DNA from: Flavobacteriales bacterium UBA1993
GTDB taxonomy: Bacteria > Bacteroidota > Bacteroidia > Flavobacteriales_G > Salibacteraceae
NCBI GenBank assembly: GCA_002336485.1
Contig: DDCZ01000048.1
Location: 115,801 to 179,800, forward strand
DNA: 64,000 nt
Direction: 5' to 3'
Shown here: one piece after another, positions 55,024 to 64,000 of the stretch
How positions within the stretch are numbered: the stretch's first letter is position 1
How the letters are laid out: each line of letters opens with the position of its first letter
Program-made: the position numbers and the translations under genes
The notes under the pieces: model-generated
Told to the model about the DNA's origin: nothing
The model's database searches: none
The model's input: the letters and a program-made list of their open reading frames with translations, nothing else

Positions 55024-57615
55024 TTATGATTTGTTACCTAGGTTATCCAAATGCTGTTCCAAACTTAAGTCATCCGGTATGAGAACCTGTCTAGCCTTAC
55101 TTCCTTCGAATGGCCCAATGATACCCGCCGCTTCTAATTGATCAACAATTCTACCTGCTCGATTGTACCCTAGCTTAAGCTTTCGCTGTAGAAGTGAAGC
55201 GCTGCCCTGTTGATGTAACACAACCACTCGGGCCGCATCTTCGAACAATACATCGCGATCCATTTCGGCAAAGCTTTCACCGCCGCTTTCACCGCCTTCA
55301 CCAACAAATTCTGGTAATAAATGGGCGTCAGGATAGCCTTGTTGATCGCCAATAAAGTCTGTAATGAGTTCAACTTCCGGGGTGTCAACAAATGCACATT
55401 GAAGTCGAATTAGGTCGTTGCCATTGCTGTACAACATGTCGCCGCGCCCTATTAATTGTTCCGCTCCTCCCGTGTCCAATATTGTCCTTGAATCGATTTT
55501 ACTCGTCACGCGGAATGCTATTCTGCTCGGGAAATTCGCCTTAATCGTACCGGTAATAATGTTGACAGATGGGCGCTGCGTTGCAATGATGAGATGGATT
55601 CCAATGGCACGTGCCAACTGTGCCAATCGAGCGATGGGCATTTCAACTTCTTTACCCGCAGTCATAATAAGGTCGGCAAACTCATCCACGACTAGAATGA
55701 TATATGGCAAGTATTTGTGACCATCATTTGGATTCAGCTTTCGCTTGATAAATTTCGCGTTGTATTCCTTGATGTTTCTACACTGCGCATTCTTAAGCAT
55801 TTCATAACGATCATCCATCTCAATACACAACGAATTCAAAGTGGTGACCACCTTCGACGTGTCTGTTATGATAGCCTCTTCTTCGTCTGGAAGCTTAGCT
55901 AAAAAGTGGCGTTCTATTTTATTGAACAAGGTCAGCTCGACTTTTTTCGGATCAACTAAAACAAACTTTACTTGCGCCGGATGCTTTTTATAGAGCAGAG
56001 AGGCGAGAATGGCATTGAGGCCCACAGATTTACCTTGACCCGTTGCTCCAGCCATAAGAAGGTGGGGCATTTTCGCTAAATCAACCACAAATGTTTCGTT
56101 CGAAATGGTTTTCCCTAGGGCTACAGGAAGTTCCATTTTAGAATGCTGAAACTTGTCAGATTTAATCACCGTTCGCATCGAGACCACATCGGGATTCTGG
56201 TTAGGTACTTCGATGCCAATCGTACCCTTTCCAGGAATCGGAGCAATGATTCGAATACCGAGAGCGGCCAAGCTCAAGGCGATATCATCTTCAAGGTTCT
56301 TGATTTTTGAGATGCGCACTCCTGCTTCTGGAATGATCTCATACAGTGTAACAGTAGGGCCGATCGTTGCTTTAATCTTTGATATGCCAATGTTGTAATT
56401 CTTGAGCGTGTCAACAATGCGGTTCTTGTTTAGCTCCAGTTCCTCGCGTTCTACCTGTATGCTTCCGTCTCCATGGTCTTCCAACATATCAATTGGAGGG
56501 TACTGATACTTGCTCAAATCCAAAAGCGGATCATAGTCAACCATTTCTGTTGGATCAACTTTTTCGCTTTCTGGTAGCGGTTCATCACCAGTTTTTTCTT
56601 CTACAACAAGAGATAAGTTTTCTTCCTCAGGAGTATTATTCACTACTGGCTCAGCTTCTACGGCAGAATCCGCCTGGGTAGCAACATCTTCAGCAGAAGC
56701 TGGTTCAGGTTCAGGCGTCACTTCAACAACATCTAAGGATAATTCATCCTCTATCGTTTCTTTCGTTGCGTCTGCGGCTGCATCTTTTGCGACATCTTCA
56801 TCGCCAAATTCGATCGATTTTGGAGTTTCAACCGCTTCCTTTTCAAGTGCAACCTCGGTTTGAGTTTCATCCACAGGCAAAACCGCTTCTGAATTTTCAT
56901 CTTTAATTTCCTCATCTGCGACCTCAGTATCGGAGTCCATAATGGGGTCTTTGCTCAAATTTTGAATCATTCGCGGTATGCTGAGATTGAAATTTAAGAT
57001 CGCAAACACAAGCGCCGAAAAGAAAATGAGCGCGAAGGCCCCCACTTTCCCAAAAACACCGCCGAGCCAGTAGTTCATGTAAAAGCCCATTGATCCCCCA
57101 AGTAGCAGCAAAGAATTGTCGAAAATGGCCCCAAATAGCAGCGATAACCAAATTAACAGGAACAGTGAGTAGCCTACAGTTTTCCAAAATGGCAACAGGT
57201 TTATCTTGAAAAGAACTCTGAATCCGAGCAAGAAAGAGATGAGAACAAAGACGAATGAGGCAACTCCAAACCCGCGAAAAATGAATAAGTGACCGAAGTA
57301 TGCACCAATTGGTCCAAGCCAATTTTCAATTTCTTGATCTGGATTGGTAGCTATTTGTCCAAAAGAACTGCCCAAAACATGATCTTGATCTATTTTCCAA
57401 GTGAAGAGATAAGAAGTTAGAGACAGCAGCAGGATTGCGCTAAACATTAGAAGGAATGCCCCTAAAACATTGCGCGTACGCTCGTCACTAAAAAAGCCTC
57501 CCAAACGATCTAAAATCGCAGGAGCCTTTAGTTTCCTGTCTTTTTTAGAGGCTTTGGGCTTTTTAGCCTTACCAGTTTCGCTTACCTGGTTTTTATAGTG
57601 ATTGGAGTAACTCAA
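55024..57615 (-). CDS. ftsK: DNA translocase FtsK
   Basis: N-terminal TM block, an acidic low-complexity linker, the motor domain (GATGQGKSVGLN, VVDEFADL) and a C-terminal gamma-domain wHTH. TTG start at 57615. Confidence 0.9.
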   Translation of the reverse strand: MSYSNHYKNQVSETGKAKKPKASKKDRKLKAPAILDRLGGFFSDERTRNVLGAFLLMFSAILLLSLTSYLFTWKIDQDHVLGSSFGQIATNPDQEIENWLGPIGAYFGHLFIFRGFGVASFVFVLISFLLGFRVLFKINLLPFWKTVGYSLFLLIWLSLLFGAIFDNSLLLLGGSMGFYMNYWLGGVFGKVGAFALIFFSALVFAILNFNLSIPRMIQNLSKDPIMDSDTEVADEEIKDENSEAVLPVDETQTEVALEKEAVETPKSIEFGDEDVAKDAAADATKETIEDELSLDVVEVTPEPEPASAEDVATQADSAVEAEPVVNNTPEEENLSLVVEEKTGDEPLPESEKVDPTEMVDYDPLLDLSKYQYPPIDMLEDHGDGSIQVEREELELNKNRIVDTLKNYNIGISKIKATIGPTVTLYEIIPEAGVRISKIKNLEDDIALSLAALGIRIIAPIPGKGTIGIEVPNQNPDVVSMRTVIKSDKFQHSKMELPVALGKTISNETFVVDLAKMPHLLMAGATGQGKSVGLNAILASLLYKKHPAQVKFVLVDPKKVELTLFNKIERHFLAKLPDEEEAIITDTSKVVTTLNSLCIEMDDRYEMLKNAQCRNIKEYNAKFIKRKLNPNDGHKYLPYIILVVDEFADLIMTAGKEVEMPIARLAQLARAIGIHLIIATQRPSVNIITGTIKANFPSRIAFRVTSKIDSRTILDTGGAEQLIGRGDMLYSNGNDLIRLQCAFVDTPEVELITDFIGDQQGYPDAHLLPEFVGEGGESGGESFAEMDRDVLFEDAARVVVLHQQGSASLLQRKLKLGYNRAGRIVDQLEAAGIIGPFEGSKARQVLIPDDLSLEQHLDNLGNKS

Positions 57616-57634
57616 CGTAATTCGCTTTCGATAC

Positions 57635-57642
57635 CAAATTTA
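57635..57642 (-). promoter_or_regulatory. Candidate -7 promoter box (TAAATTTG on minus strand) upstream of ftsK
   Basis: Plus strand CAAATTTA, 20 nt upstream of the ftsK start codon. Confidence 0.35.
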
Positions 57643-57706
57643 ACTTGGTTGCGAAGGGGATAGTACAGCTTAGGGTAGAGTTATCAAATGATTTTTGAAC
57701 AGAGAT

Positions 57707-58414
57707 CTATTCAAGGAAAATTTCCATGTTCTTGACCACAAGCTTTTCGAATTCTTCAGAATTAAGTGGCTCATAGTCGTCCGAAATGGTGAATTCGTCA
57801 TCGTCAATTTCTTCAGCGATAATTCGAATTGCCTTTAATCGCATTTTCATTCCGTAGTTTTCAATGCGGTAATCGAGAAAAACACCAGAGATTTCATTAT
57901 ACGGAGTGCACCAATTTGGATCAAGAAGATCAATTTCATCGGTATAACAGAATTCATAATTTTCTAAATCCGAACCCTGAAAATCTAACTCAATCTTTTT
58001 GCAATTTGCCTCTGCAATTGAGAGGTGCGCGTCCGTCTCAATAATCTTGAATGATGGAAGCGTTCCAGTCATTTTTAAGGCTTCCTCCTTGTTCATCTCC
58101 AAGACATATCGATCACTGAAAATCTTAACGAGGTTATACATCTTTTCCTTGGATCGATCAGCTACAACGGCCATTTCAATGATGCCTGCTGCAGTTTTAA
58201 GTTCAGAACGATACTTGTCTTTCTTAAACTTCATCACCATCTTATCCGGAAGCATCTCAAGTAGAATGTTGGATGAGTCAAGCTCAGGGTATGTTACTTC
58301 ATACTCTATTGTCCCTTCTGATATATTTTGCTCGAAAGCATTATGCTCGCCACACGATCCCAAAAGGAAAAGCACAGCGGCAAAAGGTCCAATAAATCGA
58401 GTAAAGTTTATCAC
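57707..58414 (-). CDS. Hypothetical lipoprotein (235 aa)
   Basis: Signal peptide with lipobox LGSC. GTG start at 58414. No motif recognised. Confidence 0.6.
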   Translation of the reverse strand: MINFTRFIGPFAAVLFLLGSCGEHNAFEQNISEGTIEYEVTYPELDSSNILLEMLPDKMVMKFKKDKYRSELKTAAGIIEMAVVADRSKEKMYNLVKIFSDRYVLEMNKEEALKMTGTLPSFKIIETDAHLSIAEANCKKIELDFQGSDLENYEFCYTDEIDLLDPNWCTPYNEISGVFLDYRIENYGMKMRLKAIRIIAEEIDDDEFTISDDYEPLNSEEFEKLVVKNMEIFLE

Positions 58415-58437
58415 AAGTTAGCTCCATAGGTTGATGA

Positions 58438-58445
58438 CAAAAGTA
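58438..58445 (-). promoter_or_regulatory. Candidate -7 promoter box (TACTTTTG on minus strand)
   Basis: Plus strand CAAAAGTA, 24 nt upstream of the GTG at 58414. Confidence 0.35.
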
Positions 58446-58502
58446 ACCATGGGTTTGGATCTCAAAAGGGGAAAGTAATTTTCTTCGATTGAGTCATGAA
58501 AT

Positions 58503-58510
58503 TACATTTG
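58503..58510 (+). promoter_or_regulatory. Candidate -7 promoter box (TACATTTG) upstream of the ureohydrolase/argS pair
   Basis: Exact TAnnTTTG match ending 17 nt upstream of the ATG at 58528. This supports 58528 over 58489 as the start. Confidence 0.4.
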
Positions 58511-58527
58511 TAGTATACAATCAGAAT

Positions 58528-59475
58528 ATGCTCAAAATCATCATTCAAGAATCAGAAATCGGTGCTGGTACAAGAGGGAGTAGCCTTGGTCCAGACGCCG
58601 TAATACTGGCTGGTGCCAAACAATCCCCTAACTTCTTTGAAGGTCGAACTTGGGAAGTGCTTGAAAATAGAAACGATCATTTGCTCATTCCAACGGACAC
58701 CAAAAGAGCGATTCGAATAAAGCCAATGCTTGAAGTTTGGGAAAAACATGCCCAAAGCATTCGTAAGAACATTATAGATGGCCACTTACCCGTACTACTT
58801 TCGGCTGATCATGCTTCTGCCGGTGCAACAATCGCAGGTATAAAAATGGCCAATCCAGATAAGCGAATTGGTGTGGTTTGGATTGATGCTCATGCAGACT
58901 TGCATTCTCCATTTACATCTCCTTCGGGAAACATTCATGGTATGCCATTGGCATGCAGCATTGCGGATGACAACAATGATTTTGGACGAGAATTACCCTC
59001 GGATGCAACCATTATGGCGTGGGATAAGATGAAGACATTGGGAAAAATCAGCCCGAAAATTGCCCCTTCCGACATTCGATTTGTTGCTGTCCGTGATACT
59101 GAAATGGAGGAAAATCACCTTATAGAGAAACACGCAATTCAAAACTATACTGTTTCAGCAGCACGAAGGATGAGCATGAGTTCCGTTGCATCAGAAATAT
59201 TGAACGGGTTACAGACGTGCGACCTCATATATGTCTCCTTTGATGTGGATTCTATGGATCCCGATGTGGTCAGTTATGGGACGGGTACACCAGTAAAGGA
59301 TGGACTTACTCCGAGTGAAGCCTCCGAATTGATCAATGCGCTTCTCTTGGATCCAAAACTATGTTGTTTTGAAATGGTAGAAGTCAATCCATTATTAGAT
59401 AATAAATGCAATACCATGGGCGAAACAGCTTATGAAATCTTTGCGAGTGCAATCGAAACCATAGAAAGCAAATGA
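58528..59475 (+). CDS. Ureohydrolase (arginase / formimidoylglutamase) family protein
   Basis: Mn-binding motifs WIDAHADLHSP and SFDVDSMDP. Start trimmed to the ATG at 58528 (MLKIIIQESEIGAG). Confidence 0.8.
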   Translation: MLKIIIQESEIGAGTRGSSLGPDAVILAGAKQSPNFFEGRTWEVLENRNDHLLIPTDTKRAIRIKPMLEVWEKHAQSIRKNIIDGHLPVLLSADHASAGATIAGIKMANPDKRIGVVWIDAHADLHSPFTSPSGNIHGMPLACSIADDNNDFGRELPSDATIMAWDKMKTLGKISPKIAPSDIRFVAVRDTEMEENHLIEKHAIQNYTVSAARRMSMSSVASEILNGLQTCDLIYVSFDVDSMDPDVVSYGTGTPVKDGLTPSEASELINALLLDPKLCCFEMVEVNPLLDNKCNTMGETAYEIFASAIETIESK

Positions 59476-61250
59476 CAAATCACGAAAGAATACTTGAGAC
59501 ACTAGAAGCATTTGTTCGCACTGAAATCGGTGTTGAAATTGATCGCACACAACTTGTGTTGGATGAAACACGAAAAGAATTTGAGGGTGACTTTACGCTC
59601 GTGGTGTTTCCGCTGGTAAAAATGTTTCGGTCGGCACCAGAAGCGGTGGCAAATAAAGTCGGTGAACATTTGATTCAGTCCTTAAAAGAGATTGAAAGTT
59701 TCAATGTTATTAAGGGTTTTCTCAATTTAAAAATGACCTCGGATTACTGGACACGCCAACTAGCTGAGGCGGGAGCCGATTCAAACTTTTTCAGTCCGAG
59801 AGAAAATGGAGATGTGGTATTGGTCGAGTACAGCTCGCCGAATACGAATAAGCCGTTGCACTTAGGTCATTTGAGGAATAATTTCCTAGGTCATTCAGTA
59901 AGTCTGATGAAGGCGTTCAGTGGTGATGATGTTGTGAAAACCCAGATCATCAACGATCGCGGAGTCCACATCTGTAAAAGCATGCTTGCGTGGCGGAAAT
60001 TTGGCGATGGTGAAACTCCGGAAAGCTCTGGTTTGAAGGGAGATAAGCTGGTGGGCAAATACTATGTGATTTTTGATCAACACTTGCGTTCCGAAATTTC
60101 AGAATTGGAGCATCAAGGTGTTTCAAATGAAGAGGCGAAGAAAGCCGCGCCTCTAATGATGGAAGTGCAGGAAATGCTCCAAAAATGGGAGGCGAATGAC
60201 CCTGAAATCAGAAAGCTCTGGAGCATGATGAATGGATGGGTTTATGCTGGATTTGAGCACACATATGATCGAATGCAGGTCAGCTTTGATCATTTGTATT
60301 ATGAGTCAGAGACATACCTAAAGGGAAAGGACATCGTAGTTAAAGGGCTTGCAGATGGTGTGTTTTATAAAAAAGAAGATGGGTCTGTTTGGTGCGATTT
60401 AGAGGCCGAGGGGCTGGATCATAAGTTGCTCATTCGCGGTGATGGAACTACCGTGTATATGACGCAGGATATTGGAACTGCTGTTCTTAGGTTTGAAGAT
60501 TACCCGGAGATGACTCAGGCCATTTATACCGTTGGCGACGAACAAGATTATCACTTCAAAGTGCTATTCAAAATTCTTGAAAAGCTCGGCTACAGCTGGG
60601 CGCCAAACTGCAGACACCTTAGTTACGGAATGGTTGATTTACCTTCTGGTAAGATGAAATCCAGAGAAGGAACCGTAGTGGATGCCGATGACTTGATGGT
60701 TGAAGTCGTGCGAGCTGCTCAAGAATCATCACAGGATAAGGGGAGGTTAGATTCGCTATCGGAATCAGAGCAGCGTGACCTGTTTGAAACATTAGGAATC
60801 GGTGCGCTCAAGTTTTTTCTGTTGCGTGTTGATCCAAAAAAGCGAATGATGTTTGATCCGGAAGAATCGGTAGCTCTAAATGGAGATACGGGGCCTTTTG
60901 TTCAATACACCTACGCACGATGTCGTGCGGTGTTGAGAAAGTCCGGGGCGGACCCAATTAGGGCAGATCTGGAAGGCGTTCAACTTATGGATAAAGAGCG
61001 AGCACTCTTAAGAGGGTTGATGAGTTTTAGAGCTGAGATGAACACCGCGGCAATGGCTATGAATCCTTCAGCCGTGGCAAACTACTGCCTTGAAATTGCC
61101 AAGGTGTATAATCAGTTCTATCATGACATTCCAATTCTTACTGCAGATGGGGCGGAACGATCTTTTAGACTGGAGTTAACCCGGCTCACCTCAGAAACCA
61201 TCAAGGTTGGGATGTCGCTCTTGGGAATTGATGTTCCCGAGCAGATGTGA
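59472..61250 (+). CDS. argS: Arginine--tRNA ligase
   Basis: SSPNTNKPLHLGHLRN (HIGH region), GKMKSREG (KMSKS-like) and a DALR anticodon-binding C-terminus ending in M; 592 aa. Confidence 0.95.
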   Translation: MTNHERILETLEAFVRTEIGVEIDRTQLVLDETRKEFEGDFTLVVFPLVKMFRSAPEAVANKVGEHLIQSLKEIESFNVIKGFLNLKMTSDYWTRQLAEAGADSNFFSPRENGDVVLVEYSSPNTNKPLHLGHLRNNFLGHSVSLMKAFSGDDVVKTQIINDRGVHICKSMLAWRKFGDGETPESSGLKGDKLVGKYYVIFDQHLRSEISELEHQGVSNEEAKKAAPLMMEVQEMLQKWEANDPEIRKLWSMMNGWVYAGFEHTYDRMQVSFDHLYYESETYLKGKDIVVKGLADGVFYKKEDGSVWCDLEAEGLDHKLLIRGDGTTVYMTQDIGTAVLRFEDYPEMTQAIYTVGDEQDYHFKVLFKILEKLGYSWAPNCRHLSYGMVDLPSGKMKSREGTVVDADDLMVEVVRAAQESSQDKGRLDSLSESEQRDLFETLGIGALKFFLLRVDPKKRMMFDPEESVALNGDTGPFVQYTYARCRAVLRKSGADPIRADLEGVQLMDKERALLRGLMSFRAEMNTAAMAMNPSAVANYCLEIAKVYNQFYHDIPILTADGAERSFRLELTRLTSETIKVGMSLLGIDVPEQM

Positions 61251-63866
61251 TTAACGTAAGGGTACGTTAAACTGACGATTCCGATTCAACTTTAAATCTT
61301 GTAATGTGGATGCCTTCACGTTAATGGCAAAGTTGTAACTCTGGTACGTTCCAAATGGAACGACTCGAAGCGACATTTCCCAACAGTGAAGGTTTCGGTA
61401 GACATTGAATGAAGTGTAGGAGATTTCCTGCTCGCGAATGTCATAACTCGTTTGAACTCCGACTTTCCAATTCGTTGTGAGATTAATATCTCCACGCAGA
61501 TCCACATTTTGAGATATCGTCTCGGTAAATGCCGTTCGGCTATAATTTATATTGTACGTGACAGACGCATTCCATGGAACTTCAAAATCAACAAAATCAT
61601 CGTAATATAAGCCCTGGTTCTCTAGTTTGTCCTTTTTCTTTTCCGACTTCTTTCGTGTCGATTTCGGGTTAATGTTATAGGTGAAGTTTCCCTGCGCGCG
61701 CGTCCATTTTCCAATTTTCCCATTTCGAGTATACCAAAACTCGGCTACTTTTCGACCGGTTTCATTATTCCATGCATACGGGTCGAGGGTGGCAGAACCA
61801 TTAAATCTAAGACCAGGAACAATGGATGTTCGCACCGAGATTCTTAACGGAGCCCAATTGTTCGAATCTTTAGCGAGGTTGTACGAAGTCGCAAACCCAA
61901 GAGCGTCTAAAAGCTTTAGTTTTTTATCCTTTCCATCCCTGGTCGAATCTTCTCTATTTCGAACTTTGAGTTCAAAGGTGTTGTTCAAGGCAAGGTTCAA
62001 TACTCCATTTTCTTTCGATGCCGGAGCATTGTAAACACCTGTTTGGTATATCGAGTACTCGTCCATATTACCAAACGAATCCGTTTGAACTGACTTGTAA
62101 TATCCCCAAAATGGGTCGCTGTAATCTGGTTTATATCCAATGCTTGCAGATGGAGTAACTTGGTGCCGCATGGCCTTTATGACATCACTTCTGTAATTGT
62201 ATATACCATAAATAACGGTGCTTAAACTGAGGTTTGCGCCGCCTTCCCAATAGCCAGCCAGTTCGTTAACTTTATACTCATCCACTCGGTTGCTGTCTGG
62301 GTTCCACTCTTGTCTTACGGTTTGTCTCAGTCCAGTTAGTTTGTTACTAATGCTAGGTGTAAGGGTGAAAAACCTTAAAACCTTATAACCGGCATTAATA
62401 GGAATATCGGCTCGCATTCCGTTTCGCATTTCACCCAAAGTGCTATCACTAAACAAGCGTTCGAAGGGAGCGGTGACCTGATTTTTTGCCTCTAACGAAC
62501 CTCGAATTCCGATTTTTTCCCACGGTGCTTCTTTGCCAATGGCTGCGTCTCGTTTGAACGGATAAACCCTAGCCATGGTCAGTGCTGCATTTGGTAGTTG
62601 AAGGTTTACGTTTCCCGTTTTAGCATTCTGATCACTGGATGCAGCAACCCGTAGTGCGAAGGGTGAATTCGCGAAGTTCTTCGTGTAATTCACACTCGAC
62701 TTGGTACTGTTTCTTAATTGGTTTGTGGCCGATTCATTCGTGTTTAACCTGTCGGCGTCTGGATTACCAAAGTCAACGCTCGCGCTAAACGTCCTTCCCG
62801 GGCGTGCCTTCGGATCTTGTCTATGTGTCCACTTAATCTTATATCTCAGAGGCTTGTTATTGTAGCCTGGAAATTCTGGTTCACCATAGATTCGCTTTAC
62901 CAATTGAAGACCGCCGCTCCCTGAGTATTTATACTTTTTTGCGTAGCGCGAGTTGATATACCCGTTCCAGCTACCACGTGTGAAAACATCTGCGGTGATG
63001 GCAACATCGGCCACGTCACCAATGCCAAAATAATAACCGCCCCCGTTTAAGGATAAGCCCAGCCCTCTTGTTTCACCCCAACTGGGAATGATGATGCCGT
63101 TTGCTCGACCTTCACTATTAGGGAAGAATCCGAAAGGAATGGCCAATGGGGTTGGTACATCTGCAATTGACAAATATGCCGGCCCAGTGATAATTTTATC
63201 CTCCGTGATGATTTTGAGCTTTTTTGCGTGAATATGAAAGTGTGGATCTTCATATTCACATGTGGTGTATTTGCCGTTTTGGATATAGATTACCTTGCCT
63301 GTATCCTTTTTTACGACCTCACCATGAATGTATCCTTCTCCCTCCTGGGTGCGCACTGTCTTGCTAAGACCTCGCTGCGTTTTGAAGTTGTAACGCATTT
63401 CTCCTGATTCGAACTTTGTGTTTCCTTGTTGAAAAACGGGCGTTCCCACTATTTTCCCATTACTATCTGGTAAACCCGTAGCGCGCAATTCGCTCTTGCT
63501 GAGTGAAATTTCTATGAAATCGGCTTCCAGTTTTATATCGCCATATTCAGCTACTGCCTTTCCATATAAATAGACTTTATCCTCTCCTAAATCGATTAGC
63601 ATTGAGTCCTCCGCATTGTAAAGCACTTGATGGTCGAGAGACGATCGTCGACGCTTCGGCTTCAAGGAATCGGATGCGGTAGAATCTGTCTGAGTGGAGT
63701 CGAGAATCGAAGTAATGGTCGAATCATCCAATGAGTCGGTCGAAAACTGACTAATAATTGCGGTATCATTAACGTTTATACCCGCGGAGTCACTGCTCTG
63801 AGACCGCCCTTGAAGGGAACAGAAAACAATTAACAAAGTCAGGTGAATGAAACGAGAGATACTCAA
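61251..63866 (-). CDS. lptD: Putative LPS-assembly outer-membrane protein (LptD/OstA-like, Bacteroidota type)
   Basis: Signal peptide, a Ser/Asp/Thr-rich linker, an OstA-like segment (VYLYGKAVAEYGDIKLEADFIEI) and a beta-rich region of about 650 aa with alternating aromatic pattern; 871 aa. TTG start. Confidence 0.65.
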   Translation of the reverse strand: MSISRFIHLTLLIVFCSLQGRSQSSDSAGINVNDTAIISQFSTDSLDDSTITSILDSTQTDSTASDSLKPKRRRSSLDHQVLYNAEDSMLIDLGEDKVYLYGKAVAEYGDIKLEADFIEISLSKSELRATGLPDSNGKIVGTPVFQQGNTKFESGEMRYNFKTQRGLSKTVRTQEGEGYIHGEVVKKDTGKVIYIQNGKYTTCEYEDPHFHIHAKKLKIITEDKIITGPAYLSIADVPTPLAIPFGFFPNSEGRANGIIIPSWGETRGLGLSLNGGGYYFGIGDVADVAITADVFTRGSWNGYINSRYAKKYKYSGSGGLQLVKRIYGEPEFPGYNNKPLRYKIKWTHRQDPKARPGRTFSASVDFGNPDADRLNTNESATNQLRNSTKSSVNYTKNFANSPFALRVAASSDQNAKTGNVNLQLPNAALTMARVYPFKRDAAIGKEAPWEKIGIRGSLEAKNQVTAPFERLFSDSTLGEMRNGMRADIPINAGYKVLRFFTLTPSISNKLTGLRQTVRQEWNPDSNRVDEYKVNELAGYWEGGANLSLSTVIYGIYNYRSDVIKAMRHQVTPSASIGYKPDYSDPFWGYYKSVQTDSFGNMDEYSIYQTGVYNAPASKENGVLNLALNNTFELKVRNREDSTRDGKDKKLKLLDALGFATSYNLAKDSNNWAPLRISVRTSIVPGLRFNGSATLDPYAWNNETGRKVAEFWYTRNGKIGKWTRAQGNFTYNINPKSTRKKSEKKKDKLENQGLYYDDFVDFEVPWNASVTYNINYSRTAFTETISQNVDLRGDINLTTNWKVGVQTSYDIREQEISYTSFNVYRNLHCWEMSLRVVPFGTYQSYNFAINVKASTLQDLKLNRNRQFNVPLR

Positions 63867-64000
63867 ATTGGTTTGGGAACGATGGTTCTACATTTGTTAT
63901 TACCGAGAAAGAATCGGGCAAAGCTAAGAACGAATCTATCAAGCCTCATGGCAAAGCTTCTTAAGAAAGTAAAAGGAACACTGTTAATATCGGTGTCAGT

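Noticed and set aside
56924-58421. ORFs 56924-57322 (alternate frame inside ftsK), 57829-58044 and 57999-58421 (antisense to the lipoprotein gene)
   Set aside because: Shadow ORFs within supported genes, with Cys/Arg/His-rich improbable composition.
63949-64000. ATG-initiated open frame (MAKLLKKVKGTLLISVS…) running off the right edge, with a TACATTTG box at 63889-63896
   Set aside because: Only 17 codons are visible. It is plausibly the start of the next gene, but that cannot be supported from this window.
1-64000. Scan for tRNA/rRNA genes, CRISPR arrays, transposases, integrases, phage genes and known defence-system hallmarks
   Set aside because: The intergenic gaps are all under about 150 nt. 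I saw no cloverleaf-like or spaced direct-repeat structure, and no ORF showed transposase, integrase, nuclease-helicase or reverse-transcriptase motifs. This was an eye scan, not a covariance-model search.

Overview
This is a compact, almost fully coding 64-kb chromosomal segment with about 65 CDS. I found no rRNA, tRNA, CRISPR array, transposase or integrase. Gene content points to Bacteroidota, probably a Flavobacteriia-type genome. The evidence is an LpxC/FabZ fusion, PorX, two cargo proteins with the gliding-motility (type B) T9SS C-terminal domain, the conserved parA-parB-DUF5683-dapB-lepB-wbqC string, and TAnnTTTG boxes upstream of operon-leading genes. Main blocks, left to right: (1) a string of small membrane proteins ending in an AlkD-like gene (383-3900); (2) a PAD/agmatine-deiminase-family lipoprotein; (3) aroA-aroB-obg-adk-hpt on the minus strand, divergent from purK-purE; (4) a 900-aa T9SS cargo protein; (5) the lipid A operon HD-lpxD-lpxC/fabZ-lpxA-ABC ATPase, divergent from porX-tsaE-ald; (6) an AT-rich islet of three lipoprotein genes; (7) DUF4924, OmpH, and a LytS-type kinase / LytTR regulator / DUF1987 (SiaC-like) string; (8) acpH, mnmC-like and murQ; (9) a glycan locus with a sulfotransferase-glycosyltransferase fusion, two more GT4 genes and an O-antigen-ligase-family gene; (10) creD, a TPR protein and an acyl-CoA carboxyltransferase; (11) a 1060-aa T9SS cargo protein; (12) a Tat-signal PLP enzyme; (13) the par/dapB/lepB string, lolA-like, ftsK, an ureohydrolase-family gene coupled to argS, and an LptD-like gene. 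Most of the window is ordinary core genome, and nothing here can be shown from sequence alone to be a new system. The best candidates for follow-up are the sulfotransferase-GT fusion and its locus, the HK-LytTR-DUF1987 string, the AT-rich lipoprotein islet, and the overlapping small-membrane-protein string. All family calls rest on motif recognition by eye, not on database searches.
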